NCBI GenBank assembly: GCA_963706575.1
Contig: CAVPNL010000018.1
Coordinates: forward strand, 96,001-160,000
DNA: 64,000 nt
Source: an uncultured delta proteobacterium
GTDB taxonomy: Bacteria; Desulfobacterota; Desulfobacteria; Desulfobacterales; JAHEIW01
Direction: 5' to 3'
The notes below the pieces were generated by a model. The model worked only from the letters and a program-made list of their open reading frames with translations, made no database searches and was not told the DNA's origin. Made by a program: the position numbers and the translations under genes. Below are positions 63,712-64,000 of the stretch, piece after piece; the stretch's first letter is position 1, and every line of letters begins with the position of its first letter.

Positions 63712-64000
63712 TTAGGCTTGTTTCTTCGTCTGCTCGTAAAGCAGGATGGGTTCCTCCTTGTTTAAGACAACATCCTCTCCGATGACACATTCTTTTACAT
63801 TGGCAATTGACGGCAGGTCATACATGATTTCAAGCATGCAGGTTTCCATAATTGCCCGCAACCCGCGCGCGCCGGATTTGCGTTTCATGGCCTCTCTGGC
63901 AATCGCCGCCAGCGCACTGTCGGTAAGTCGCAGGTTGACGCCTTCCATTTCGAAGAGCTTCTGAAATTGCTTGAGCAAGGCATTCTTGGGTTCTTTCAAA
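63712..64000 (-). CDS. clpX: ClpX, C-terminal fragment
   Basis: [24 protein letters not shown]; upstream of lon. Confidence 0.95.
   Translation of the reverse strand, partial: LKEPKNALLKQFQKLFEMEGVNLRLTDSALAAIAREAMKRKSGARGLRAIMETCMLEIMYDLPSIANVKECVIGEDVVLNKEEPILLYEQTKKQA

Overview
A 64 kb chromosomal window that reads as a sulfate-reducer-type deltaproteobacterium, Desulfobacterales-like by inference from gene content. Positions 1-16.3 kb are an accessory zone built at the 3' end of tRNA-Arg(TCG). It has three 45-bp copies of the tRNA 3' half, two decayed copies and repeated arm modules, which delimit stacked islands. Cargo includes a glycosyltransferase/GH130 cluster, a sigma54 module, a HepT/MNT toxin-antitoxin islet, a tyrosine recombinase split at an A9 run, rsgA, a MITE-like element and a complete integron gene cassette (methyltransferase plus attC) with no integron integrase. 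Positions 16.3-64 kb are mostly core genome: tRNA-His, selB, hemW, an unusual Rnf locus, a YeiH-type exporter/GNAT/radical-SAM cluster, carD, hppA, pth-rplY-prs-tRNA-Gln-ispE, mlaEFD (MlaF fused to a degenerate GGDEF domain), ABC-F, a TPP riboswitch with cytX, an ECF transporter with two complementary minimal ATPases, gdhA, a diguanylate cyclase, tRNA-Asp/Val, lon and clpX. Intergenic DNA carries many hairpins with periodic 7-10 nt repeat arms and two ERIC-like structured elements. Several conserved genes have single-base frameshifts that are probably sequencing errors. All calls are by eye, and no searches were run.
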